Assembly: GCA_963769025.1 (NCBI GenBank)
Contig: CAVYKI010000006.1
Coordinates: forward strand, 1 to 64,000
Source of the DNA: an uncultured Verrucomicrobiae bacterium
Lineage (GTDB): Bacteria > Verrucomicrobiota > Verrucomicrobiia > Chthoniobacterales > Chthoniobacteraceae
Length of the DNA stretch: 64,000 nucleotides
Direction: 5' to 3'
The first letter of the stretch is position 1. Each line of letters opens with the position of its first letter. The translations under genes were made by a program, and so were the position numbers. Below are positions 12,288-20,845 of the stretch, piece after piece. A model generated the notes under the pieces. The model did not search any database. It was not told the DNA's origin and worked only from the letters and a program-made list of their open reading frames with translations.

Positions 12288-12460
12288 GATGCCGGAGCCA
12301 GCCGCCACTCCTGCCTGCGAAGGGATCATTGCCCCGCGCTGCCGTGTCGAAGTTCAGCTTGGGGCAAAGATGATTCACAGACGAGACGTTGGTCTTCAAT
12401 CGCAACAACGCACGGGGGCGAGCGATTGAGGTAATGGAAGCTGGCTGCGACTTCCGACGC

Positions 12461-13399
12461 TTACGTTGCCGTTCGCCGGGAAAAACTGATGTCGCTCTGC
12501 GGAATTGAATGAACATGCCGCGTGAGGAGGGAATCGAGAAACGGGGCGGACGACACGAGAACGTCAGCGAATGCGGCGAAGTGGAAGAGTCCGGCGGCAC
12601 TGACTTGGGAACTTGCACAGTTCTTGATGGAATCGAGGCGCGCGGCGGAGGTGGTGACAGTGAGCACCTGCACGCGAGTCGCATTGAATCGCTGGCGGAA
12701 AATGTTCGTGCGCCAACTCGTTTCGTAAGCGGTGAGTTTGCGAACGATGGAAGTGCGGTGCTCGTTGGCGCTCCGCACAGGCATCGTGCCGCGGTCGGCT
12801 TCAAGGCAGTAGAGAACGGAATCCGTCGAGCCGTCCGCCTGTGTGCGCTCCAGTGCAAACACGGCATCCGGGATGACTGTGGTTCGCTCCACACCTCGCG
12901 CAGTGATGCTCCAACGCGCGGCGTCACCACGCGCCAAATGCTCAAGCTCCTCGGCGTGGCGAAGGCGGACATCGCCACGCGCACGACACGCCGTTTCCAG
13001 TGCCACAAGAATTTCGGAAATCATCAGCGCGTGGTCGAGAAACAGCCGCGTCGCGGATCGGTTGCGGGCATTCCAGTCGAGACGGACGGGCACCGAAGTT
13101 TCCGTGCGGAGCAGGAAAGCGGCACCGCGATTTCCGAGTCCACAGACCATCGCCTGCGAGCCGCCGCGATGGAAATAGTCGAGCTGGCAAAGCGGGCGCT
13201 CAATGTAGCCGTGGTGGTAGAGCTTTTGCAGCCGGCGAAGAAGCTGCTGCCGACTGCCACCGAGCAACGCGGCGATGTGATTGGAACGCAAGAAGCGATG
13301 GCGACGGAGCAGACGCAAAATCTCCACGTCGCGCGGAGTGAGTTCCATCGTCGGAAAATTTTCCGCCCGTCGAAAACGTGAATGTCTCGGGAAGGCCAT
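12461..13399 (-). CDS. Replication-relaxation (Replic_Relax) family protein
   Basis: LTPRDVEIL...wHTH, LDHALMI, PDAVF, CLEADRGT pattern; next to the coupling ATPase. Confidence 0.85.
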   Translation of the reverse strand: MAFPRHSRFRRAENFPTMELTPRDVEILRLLRRHRFLRSNHIAALLGGSRQQLLRRLQKLYHHGYIERPLCQLDYFHRGGSQAMVCGLGNRGAAFLLRTETSVPVRLDWNARNRSATRLFLDHALMISEILVALETACRARGDVRLRHAEELEHLARGDAARWSITARGVERTTVIPDAVFALERTQADGSTDSVLYCLEADRGTMPVRSANEHRTSIVRKLTAYETSWRTNIFRQRFNATRVQVLTVTTSAARLDSIKNCASSQVSAAGLFHFAAFADVLVSSAPFLDSLLTRHVHSIPQSDISFSRRTAT

Positions 13400-13439
13400 G
13401 CGCTCATTTTACCAGAGGACGGGCGAAGCTCCAAAGGCG

Positions 13440-13856
13440 TGCCCGTGCGCGTCGAGCGATAGCGGACGCGGGGCAGTGGAAATCAGAGCGGGGCGCGATT
13501 TCCTTTTCCGGCGGCGCGGCGAAGGCGATAGCCGCGCCATGCGCGAAGTCGTCGTCTGCCCGGTAGGGTGGACGAGCGCGATAGCGAAGTTGTCCTTTAC
13601 GGAAGTAGTTCCCCCAAGGTTGTCGGGTGGTGGCCGACTTCGCGCGGTTTGGTCAGGCCGTAGTGGCTAACGGAGGCTGACCCGATAGCCGGAGGAAATC
13701 GCGCGAAGTCGGGCGCTGCACGACAACCTTGGGGGAGACAGTTCACGCGGTCGTTGAGCCGCGAATCAGCCGCGCGAATTCAGCGCGGAGCTACATACCA
13801 TGTATGTAGGGCCATTTGCCGGGAGCATCCGCCCGGCTGTCCGTGATAAAGGACAG
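13440..13856 (+). other. Hairpin-dense non-coding block (candidate oriT/single-strand origin or ncRNA)
   Basis: 41-nt inverted repeat 13610-13650/13696-13736, five further consecutive hairpins, four CGATAGC copies. Confidence 0.6.
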
Positions 13857-13858
13857 GG

Positions 13859-14107
13859 CTATTTTCCGGCTGCCTTGGTCGCGTCGCGAAGAAACTTCCA
13901 AAGTTCCACGTCCAGCGCCTCCGCGATGCGGAGGAGCGTGTCCATCGTCGGCTTGCGAATCTCGCGCTCGACGAAGGAAATCATCGAGAGTGAAAGGCCG
14001 GATTTTTGGGCAAGCACGGTCATGGACATGCCGAGTGCTTCGCGGCGCTTGCGCAGCAGGGCAATGAGGGCGGAATGGATGCGGCCCCGTGACGGTTTTT
14101 TTGACAC
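13859..14107 (-). CDS. XRE-family HTH regulator
   Basis: LRKRREALGMSMTVLAQKSGLSLSMISFVEREIRKPTMDTLLRIAEAL. Confidence 0.88.
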   Translation of the reverse strand: MSKKPSRGRIHSALIALLRKRREALGMSMTVLAQKSGLSLSMISFVEREIRKPTMDTLLRIAEALDVELWKFLRDATKAAGK

Positions 14108-14145
14108 GGGCGCGAGACTACCGGAGAATTCAGTTGACGACGGAC

Positions 14146-14159
14146 TTTACTATAGTAAA
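14146..14159. promoter_or_regulatory. Palindromic operator between divergent genes
   Basis: Perfect palindrome TTTACTATAGTAAA just downstream of TTGACG (14134-14139). Confidence 0.6.
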
Positions 14160-14169
14160 TCTTTTCACC

Positions 14170-14415
14170 ATGAACATCACACGACGCATCGGCCCCGACC
14201 CGCACGCCAACGGAGTGCAAACCTCGTCGCTCCAAGGATGCCCCGACATCCTCGAACTCGAAGACGGTGACTTCGCCGTCATTGGCGTGGACATCACCGA
14301 AGCCGCCATCGGCAAGCTGCGCTTCGGCGCGGGCTGCGGGCCGGATGAACGCATCATCCGAATTCCGCGCAAGACGCTGGTGCTGGCGAAGGCGGACATT
14401 CCCGAGAGCATCTAG
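14170..14415 (+). CDS. Small hypothetical protein
   Basis: MNITRRIGPDP...CPDILELEDGDFAVIG...; clean ORF directly after the operator. Confidence 0.7.
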   Translation: MNITRRIGPDPHANGVQTSSLQGCPDILELEDGDFAVIGVDITEAAIGKLRFGAGCGPDERIIRIPRKTLVLAKADIPESI

Positions 14416-14447
14416 CCGGAAAAGCGTCAGCGCGGTATAATCCGTGC

Positions 14448-14921
14448 ATGGGAATCCTCGGATGGATTGAGGCGCACGGATTCGGTTTTTTGCAGGCGGC
14501 GAGCACGCTCGTCGGCTTTTTCGTCGCGGCATACACAATCAGGACGAACACGGTTGAACGGAAAATCGGCAACCTGTTTGAACTCACGAAGGCGCACCGC
14601 GAAATTTGGTCGCGGCTCTACGAGCGAAAGGAATTGGAGCGCGTGCTGATGGAATCGGTGAATCTTCGGGATGAACCGGTGTCAGTTGAGGAAGAATTGT
14701 TCGTCCATACGCTGATCCTGCACCTGCGAACCGCGTTCAAGGCGCGCAAACTCGGAATGCAATTCGATGATGATGCGGTCGCCGCAGACATCCGGCAGTT
14801 TTTGAGCCGCCCGATTCCGAGTGCGGTGTGGAAACGCTCAAGATTTTTTCAGGACGCCGATTTCATTGAGTTCGTCGAACGCTCCATCGAATCCCGAAAT
14901 GGCGGCAAAAGGTCAGCGTGA
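14448..14921 (+). CDS. Hypothetical protein with an N-terminal TM helix
   Basis: 157-aa ORF, hydrophobic segment FLQAASTLVGFFVAAYTI; TATAAT 6 nt upstream of the ATG. Confidence 0.75.
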   Translation: MGILGWIEAHGFGFLQAASTLVGFFVAAYTIRTNTVERKIGNLFELTKAHREIWSRLYERKELERVLMESVNLRDEPVSVEEELFVHTLILHLRTAFKARKLGMQFDDDAVAADIRQFLSRPIPSAVWKRSRFFQDADFIEFVERSIESRNGGKRSA

Positions 14922-15041
14922 TTGCGTGTCGCCAAATATATGTTTCGCGACATCGCTTCAAAATACGGCTCAACAAGGCCGTATTTTTTCGTACCGCTGC
15001 GAGTGCAACGACACGCATTCTTGACGTGACAGACAAAAGTA

Positions 15042-15072
15042 AAAGGCCAGATGGGGTTGCCATCTGGCCTTT
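15042..15072 (-). terminator. Intrinsic terminator after ardC (possibly bidirectional)
   Basis: 13-bp perfect stem AAAGGCCAGATGG/CCATCTGGCCTTT with a T-rich tail on the minus strand. Confidence 0.8.
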
Positions 15073-15091
15073 GGGATGCGGCTAGTTTCTC

Positions 15092-16045
15092 TCACGCCGC
15101 GTTGGGCAGTGCTGGTTGCTCCGTCGCTTCGCTGGCTGCGGGTGAGGCGGGTGAGACCATCGCTTCCCTGCCGAGAACGAAATCGGCAGCGCGTCCCGCC
15201 TGGTTCGCTGCCTGCACAATCCAGCGCCGATGCTCCTGCACGCGCAGTGTGTCGAGCCACCCTTGCAGGTAGGCGGCGGATTGCTCGTGCTCGTCGCGCA
15301 CAATCCCGGCCTCCATGCCGAGAAATGCCGCGCCCATTTCGGCAACGAGTTCCTCCTGCGAATACGGCTTTGCCGCCGAAGCCGTCGCTTTCGGTGACGC
15401 CTTTGCGTGCGAGCCGCGATTCGTGGCCGGTGGAATGAATCAGCTCGTGAAAGAGCGTGAGGTGGAATTCCTCCGGTGAATTGAAGCGCTCGAACGCGGG
15501 CATCTCGATGGTGTCGGTTCCGCGACGGTAGCACGCCCGCGTGGTGCGGCCTTCGCGGATGGTCGGTGGCTGCGGCATCTGCGCGACGATTTGTTCGGCG
15601 CGCGCGATGCGCTGCGAAGGCGTCGAGTTGCGGCCCGCTTTCGGCGGGCGGAAACTCGATGCCGTCAATCTGCGCGGCGTTGAAGACGCGGTAGCTCTTG
15701 AGAAAGAGCGTCGTCTTCTTGCTCCTCGCGTGCCGTCGCCGTTCTTCACGCGCTTTGTCGTGAGCGGCCGAATTTCATCACGAGCGCGCCGTGCTCGCCT
15801 TTGCGAACGCAGCCGCCGCGTTCCTGCGTCTGGCGGAAGGTCATCCACCACGGCGACGGGAAATGCAGCAGGCCGAGCAGCAGGACGTTGACGCCCTGAT
15901 ATTCGCGCCCGGTGTGAAAGTTCCGCGGTCTGCCGGTGGTGCGATTCCACGGACAGCGCCACGGAACGATGCCGCGCTCCAGGTGCGCGAGGATGCTGTC
16001 GGTGACGAGTTGATACGGATCGGTGCGAGCCGGTTTGTGGCTCAT
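15092..16045 (-). CDS. ardC: ArdC-family ssDNA-binding/zincin antirestriction protein (frameshifted)
   Basis: YQLVTDSILAHLERGIVPWRCPW...YQGVN, FHELIHSTGH, EELVAEMGAAFL. Confidence 0.88.
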
Positions 16046-16289
16046 AGGTCGGTGCTCCTTTCTGTGTGGGTTGTGGTTGCGAGGTGAAGCCAACCTCGGA
16101 GTGAGATGGGCTTCATCCCGGCAACCACGGGCACCGTCCTTCCACCATCCATCCTACCATACCGCTCCGCCTGCCGCACCAAACCGGAGTCAGAATCGAA
16201 TCACCGGCATCTCGGGTTCCAACACGAGCAGTGCGTGCCGCACTTCTTCATCGCACAGCAACGCAACCACGATGCACCAAAGCCAGTCA

Positions 16290-16813
16290 TCAAGAAGTTA
16301 TCCACACCGGCTTCCCTTTTTTCAAAGTTTGTTTCTTTTTATTCACTGTATTATTACACTGTATTATTATGTGGAAGTTTTCTTCCTGACCTCCCACGAA
16401 GACAACTTCATACCCCCCATGAAGTTTTCTTCCTACCCCCTGCGCGGTTATCCACACGCCACCGGGTGCTGAGTTCAGCCGTCAACTCCGCGGCCTGCTT
16501 TTCGAGATGCCGCATTTGCTGCGGATTTGGCATGTGCGTATTTCCCCGACGAGCGGATGGTGCGCTCGTTTTGGTTCACGATGGTGATGTGGATGTAGCC
16601 CTTCTCTTTGAGTGATCCGATGTGGGTGGAAATTTGCCGGGCACTCATTCCGAAAAAGTCTGCGAAGTAGTGGTTCGACGCAAAACAGCCCCGCTCGTTG
16701 TCGAGGCTGTGGATTTCCACGAACAGGACTTTCTCCATGAGCGAAAGCTCCTCGGAGAGCCAAATCTCTCGCGGTATCCAGACTCCCTTAAAATCGCGCT
16801 CCATACGTTCCAT
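16290..16813 (-). CDS. Phage-type wHTH replication initiator (frameshifted; 3' end uncertain)
   Basis: RDFKGVWIPREIWL...CFASNHYFADFFGMSARQISTHIGSLKEKGYI, later an NNT-NNT-type linker. Confidence 0.75.
16298..16456. other. Putative replication origin (DnaA boxes, iterons, AT-rich tract)
   Basis: TTATCCACA at 16298 and 16448; iteron-like repeats at 16374, 16398, 16421; CACTGTATTATTA x2 within an AT-rich tract. Confidence 0.7.
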
Positions 16814-16964
16814 TGACCCATCATACCGCACTCTTTCGGAATTCGGAAACCGGGCCATCTGTGGATATGTCCGCCGGTTTTCCGTGTTAGAATAATGGGG
16901 CTTGAGGGCACACGCGGCTCCGCCGGTCGGCGGTGACGCGGATTATCAGCTAACGGAACAAATC

Positions 16965-17660
16965 ATGGACAATCATCATTCCTCAGATTTCGGAAACCTT
17001 CCGAACTCTTCGGAAACTTTCGGAACGATGCCGAATGCTTCGGAACCTTTCCGCACGGTTCGGAACACTTCGGAAAAGACGGAGAATCACACCGCCACGG
17101 TGCGCGAAGTTGCGCGGCTTTTTGAACAGGCGGGGGTGCCCCGCACGGAACGAAGCATCATCAACTGGTGCCGTCCAAACCGGCAGGGCGTCGCGCGGCT
17201 CGATGCGTTTTTAGACGAAAATGAGGGGCGCTACTACATCACGCCACAAAGCGTGACACGGGCAATCGAGGAGGAGCGGGCAAAGCAGACTGCGGCGGGC
17301 AGCGCTCCGGTTGCGGAACCGGAGATGCCGAAGCGTTCGGAAACGCCGCCCCGGCAAGATGCGGGAAGCAGCGACCGGGTGAAGGAACTCGAACGTCAGA
17401 ATTTTGACTTGTTAATTGCGAATCGCGGAAAGGATTTCATTCTCGAACAGTTCCAAAAGGAGCGTTTGCGACACGAGGAGCGGCTGGTCGGAATGAGCCG
17501 CTATGTGGGCGAACTCGAAACGCAACTGCTTCAACTCGGCGGTGCCCCGCGCGGGGACCGCAGTCTTCCGCAAGCTTCGGAAGAGTTCGGAGCCACGTCG
17601 CACCGTGCGGAGACGACACGGAATGCCGAGAGTTTTCCACACGGAGGGGTTGCACTATAA
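16965..17660 (+). CDS. HTH + coiled-coil protein (candidate partition/regulatory protein)
   Basis: TVREVARLFEQAGVPRTERSIINWC wHTH-like segment, C-terminal coiled coil; divergent from Rep. Confidence 0.7.
   Translation: MDNHHSSDFGNLPNSSETFGTMPNASEPFRTVRNTSEKTENHTATVREVARLFEQAGVPRTERSIINWCRPNRQGVARLDAFLDENEGRYYITPQSVTRAIEEERAKQTAAGSAPVAEPEMPKRSETPPRQDAGSSDRVKELERQNFDLLIANRGKDFILEQFQKERLRHEERLVGMSRYVGELETQLLQLGGAPRGDRSLPQASEEFGATSHRAETTRNAESFPHGGVAL
16989..17078. repeat. Nine copies of TTC(G/C)GAAnnn at an exact 10-bp period
   Basis: ttcggaaacc ttccgaactc ttcggaaact ttcggaacga tgccgaatgc ttcggaacct ttccgcacgg ttcggaacac ttcggaaaag. Confidence 0.85.
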
Positions 17661-17678
17661 CGCATGGCGTTATACCAT
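17650..17678 (+). promoter_or_regulatory. higBA promoter with overlapping operator
   Basis: TTGCAC-17 bp-TACCAT; inverted repeat TATAACGC-atg-GCGTTATA at 17656-17674. Confidence 0.75.
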
Positions 17679-17684
17679 CAGAAA

Positions 17685-17966
17685 GTGATTCAAGATTTCC
17701 GATGCAAAGAGACGGAGAAAATTTGGAAGGGCAAAGGCTCGCGCCGGTTTCCAGCCGACATTCAGCGAGTGGCCCTTCGCAAGCTCACGCAACTCTCGGC
17801 AGCGGAGAAATTGGATGACATGCGGGTGCCTCCTGGCAACCGGCTCGAAGCCCTCAAGGGCAATCGGGCGGGCCGGCACAGCATCCGCATCAATGACCAG
17901 TGGCGCATCTGCTTCGTCTGGAAGGACGGGCAAGCGCACGATGTCGAAATCGTAGATTATCATTAA
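17685..17966 (+). CDS. higB: HigB-type RelE/ParE toxin
   Basis: PPGNRLEALKG...HSIRINDQWRICFVW...VEIVDYH. Confidence 0.92.
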   Translation: MIQDFRCKETEKIWKGKGSRRFPADIQRVALRKLTQLSAAEKLDDMRVPPGNRLEALKGNRAGRHSIRINDQWRICFVWKDGQAHDVEIVDYH

Positions 17967-17981
17967 CCCAAAATCATCACC

Positions 17982-18287
17982 ATGAGCATCAACCTCGAAA
18001 ACATGACGCCGGGAGAAATCCTCCTCGAAGACTACATGAAGCCGATGGGGCTGACGCAGAACGCGCTCGCCCGCGACTTGGGTGTGCCGCCTCGCCGGGT
18101 GAATGAAATCATCCACGGCAAGCGCGCCATCACGCTCGACACGTCGCTGCGGCTTGGCCGGTATTTCGGCCAGTCGCCGCGTTTCTGGCTGAACGTGCAA
18201 ACGGAATGCGACCTCCGCAACGCGAAGCAGCTTGTGGAACGCATCGCGCGCGAGGTTCACCCGAAGCTCGGGATGGTGGCTGCGTAG
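17982..18287 (+). CDS. higA: HigA antitoxin
   Basis: PGEILLEDYMKPMGLTQNALARDLGVPPRRVNEIIHGKRAIT...FWLNVQ. Confidence 0.92.
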   Translation: MSINLENMTPGEILLEDYMKPMGLTQNALARDLGVPPRRVNEIIHGKRAITLDTSLRLGRYFGQSPRFWLNVQTECDLRNAKQLVERIAREVHPKLGMVAA

Positions 18288-18419
18288 CCTCGACGGTCAT
18301 GTTCTTTAGACACAGCGGGGACTCCTTTCCGGGGCTCCCGCTTTTCTTTTCGGAGCCGTTGGAGGGCGCTCAACAGAGAAGATCGGCCTACAAATACCCA
18401 ACATGAAAATGCGAATGAG

Positions 18420-18700
18420 TCACCTGTTGGTTTCGCCGGTTGCGGCTTCCGGGTCGTAGCCGATGAAGGCGACAATTTTGAGTCTCGACTTCGGGCTAAT
18501 CGGACTGCGATTGTGTTCCCATCTCTCCACAGTCTGATATGCTACGCCAAGCATTTGAGCCACTTGGACATTCGTCAAATTCAGGTCAACACGTGCCCGC
18601 CGGAGGTGTTCGCCGAGCGTCTGAGGATGTTCTGAGACTGCTTTTTGAATCCGCCGATACACCGAAACCACTGGAAAACGTGCGACAATCGTCCGGCTAC
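18420..18700 (-). CDS. XRE-type HTH protein (start uncertain)
   Basis: PQTLGEHLRRARVDLNLTNVQVAQMLGVAYQTVERWEHNRS. Confidence 0.7.
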
Positions 18701-18714
18701 AAATAGCCAACAGG

Positions 18715-18804
18715 GCGCACGCTGGCTGCTTCCGGCCTCCGCCTTCCGCCACCATGCAGCCAGCGCGCCGCGCTCCGCAGTCGCTGAGCTTGGGGTCGTT
18801 CGGC
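18715..18804 (+). other. attC site, left end missing
   Basis: Stem CGCTGGCTGC/GCAGCCAGCG then GTCGCTGAGCTTGGGGTCGTTCGGC (R' core GTTCGGC). Confidence 0.7.
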
Positions 18805-18825
18805 GACTTCGCACGTCTTCACTAA

Positions 18826-19191
18826 ATGGTCACTCGCCTTCTTCCCGGAACAGAGCCATCAGCCGAGCCACCGGTTCGGCGCTTCTTCTATATCCAGCAG
18901 CCAGCAGACGGCACCCTCGACTCGATTATGACCGGTATCATGCAGCAGGCGATGGCGGCAGGCGAGACGCAGGCGGCGATACTCGGCGAGTGCGCCACGA
19001 TCACACTTCCCGATCATACCGTGCTCCAAGGCGTGTCATTCAAGACCCAGCATCCGGCGGTCGAGTCAGCCATTCAGCGTTTCTCTCAGCAGCGGCACCT
19101 TGTTTTTGGCGAGGTTATCGGCAGCGCGCTACGGCTCGGCAGCGGCGAGTCTATTCCGCTTCATCTTTGCACGGCAGCCTTCACGGATTAG
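18826..19191 (+). CDS. Integron gene cassette ORF, hypothetical protein
   Basis: Bounded by GTTCGGCGAC (18798) and its exact reverse complement GTCGCCGAAC (19212). Confidence 0.65.
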   Translation: MVTRLLPGTEPSAEPPVRRFFYIQQPADGTLDSIMTGIMQQAMAAGETQAAILGECATITLPDHTVLQGVSFKTQHPAVESAIQRFSQQRHLVFGEVIGSALRLGSGESIPLHLCTAAFTD

Positions 19192-19214
19192 TTTGCCATG
19201 CCGCAACCAACGTC

Positions 19215-19233
19215 GCCGAACCATGCGCTGCAG
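19215..19233 (+). other. Left part of an attC site, interrupted by an IS110-like element
   Basis: GCCGAACCATGCGCTGCAG followed by an abrupt switch to unrelated sequence. Confidence 0.65.
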
Positions 19234-19917
19234 GCTTTTAATCAAGTCATAAAAGCATGGGGGGACGCGCCCCGTTAGTGGCGTCATTTTTCTTTGATGA
19301 CTATCGGGGTTTGTCGTCCGGAGTCCGGGCGATGTGATGGGCGGAGTGCCTTTGGGGTGCTGGCGGGACGGGCGTCTGCGGCGGGACGGCGGACTGCGAT
19401 GACGTGTCGGGGTTCCATGCAGGCTTTGGAAGCTGGCCTTTGTGCTCACTTGCTAACTCGTCAGCTTATTAGCTTGCTGACTTGCTGACTTGGCCGCCCA
19501 GGGTCATCCTTGGGGAACTGGCGGAAATGTCGCCGGCCGCACCATTCATGCGAATCGGGGCTGGGCCCGCGGGGGCAGTTCCCCCCTTGAATCGAGACCG
19601 CCCAAGCGCATGGCCGGGTGTGTGCGGCCGGCGTTTTCCCAGTCCGCTGCGCTGCGGACGCCGGGGTCGTCAACCCTGAGCCGCGTGAGGCGGTGCCTCT
19701 TTACGCGGGCCGGCGTTCTCAGGCTGGCTTCGCCCGGTCGCGGTCGCGTCCGGGTCGGTGGCTGTGAAAAAGAGTTCGGGCTTCCATGCCTCGCGTTTGA
19801 GCCACATGCGCCACATGGCGGCGAGGATCTTGCGCTGGGTGTTGAGCCGGGCGTGGCGCACGTCGTGGGTGCGCTCGAGGCTGGCGCGGTAGAAGCGCTG
19901 CACGGCGTTGTCGCGCG
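19234..19917 (-). mobile_element. IS110-family remnant: transposase C-terminus plus ~430-nt downstream non-coding end
   Basis: NAVQRFYRASL...ARLNTQRKILAAMWRMW resembles the IS110 transposase tail; truncated by IS3; TTGATT near the end. Confidence 0.6.
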
Positions 19918-19966
19918 TGGTCTTCCCCCGAAAAAGTGGACGCGGCGAGCGCAGCGATTTGTTTGG

Positions 19967-20845
19967 TTAGTTTAGCGAGGGTTTGAGGTTTTGGAAGTAA
20001 GAGTCGAGGAAGGCGTGAGGGGATTGGTAGCCGAGGGAGCTGTGGCGGCGTTTGCGATTGTAGAAGGTTTCGAGGTAGTCGAAGACGGCAGTGGCGGCGG
20101 TGGCCTTGGTGGCGAAGGGCGCGCCGTCATCGAGGAGCTCGCTCTTGAGGGAGGCGAAGGCGCTTTCGGCGAAGGCATTGTCATAGCAGTAACCTGCGGC
20201 GCTCATGCTTTGGCGGAGGTGGTGGCGGGCGAGGAGCGCGCGGGTGGAGGCGGCGGAGTATTGGCAGCCGCGATCGGAGTGGAAGAGGGCGTCGGGCGCG
20301 ACGATGCCGGTGTCGAGCGCACGGCGCAGGGCGCCGGTGACGACCTCGGTGTGGAGGGAGTCGGCGAGTTTCCAGCCGAGGATGGAGCGGCTGAAGAGGT
20401 CGAGGACGACGGCGAGGTAGAGCCAGCCTTCGCGGGTGGGGATGTAGGTGATGTCGCTGACGAGGTGGGTGCCGGGCGCGGTCGGCGCTTCGGCCTTGGC
20501 GAGCAGGTTGGGCGAGGGATGGGCGGCGTGATCGGGGCGCGTGGTCTTTGGCCGGAAAGGCTTTCTGGGCCTGGCCCGCAGGCCGCCCGAGCGCATGAGG
20601 CGGGCGACGCGATTTTCCGAGCAGGCAAGGCCGAGGCCCCGGAGTTCGCGGGTCATCCTGGGACTTCCGTAGCAGCGGGTGTGGCGGTCGGCGTGGATGG
20701 AGTGCATGTGGGCGAGGAGTTGCGCGTTGGCCTCTTTGCGCCGGCCCGGGGCGCGTGCGGCCGCGGCGTGATAGCCGCTGCGCGAGACGCCGAGGGCCTT
20801 GCAAAGTTCGCTGATGGGAAAGGAGTGCCGCATGGAGTCAATCAA
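19967..20845 (-). CDS. IS3 OrfB DDE transposase
   Basis: YGSPRM, SDITYI, WLYLAVVLDLFSR, HSDRGCQY, DNAFAES, YNRKRRHSSLGY. Confidence 0.95.
   Translation of the reverse strand: MIDSMRHSFPISELCKALGVSRSGYHAAAARAPGRRKEANAQLLAHMHSIHADRHTRCYGSPRMTRELRGLGLACSENRVARLMRSGGLRARPRKPFRPKTTRPDHAAHPSPNLLAKAEAPTAPGTHLVSDITYIPTREGWLYLAVVLDLFSRSILGWKLADSLHTEVVTGALRRALDTGIVAPDALFHSDRGCQYSAASTRALLARHHLRQSMSAAGYCYDNAFAESAFASLKSELLDDGAPFATKATAATAVFDYLETFYNRKRRHSSLGYQSPHAFLDSYFQNLKPSLN

Noticed and set aside
16989..17078. CRISPR array interpretation of the short repeats (here and at 19443-19490)
   Set aside because: Units of 8-10 bp without spacers; no cas genes in the window
4361..19431. AGGCTTTGGAA at 4361 and 19421 as att direct repeats of the island
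   Set aside because: Only 11 bp, and the second copy lies inside the IS110-like element rather than at a boundary
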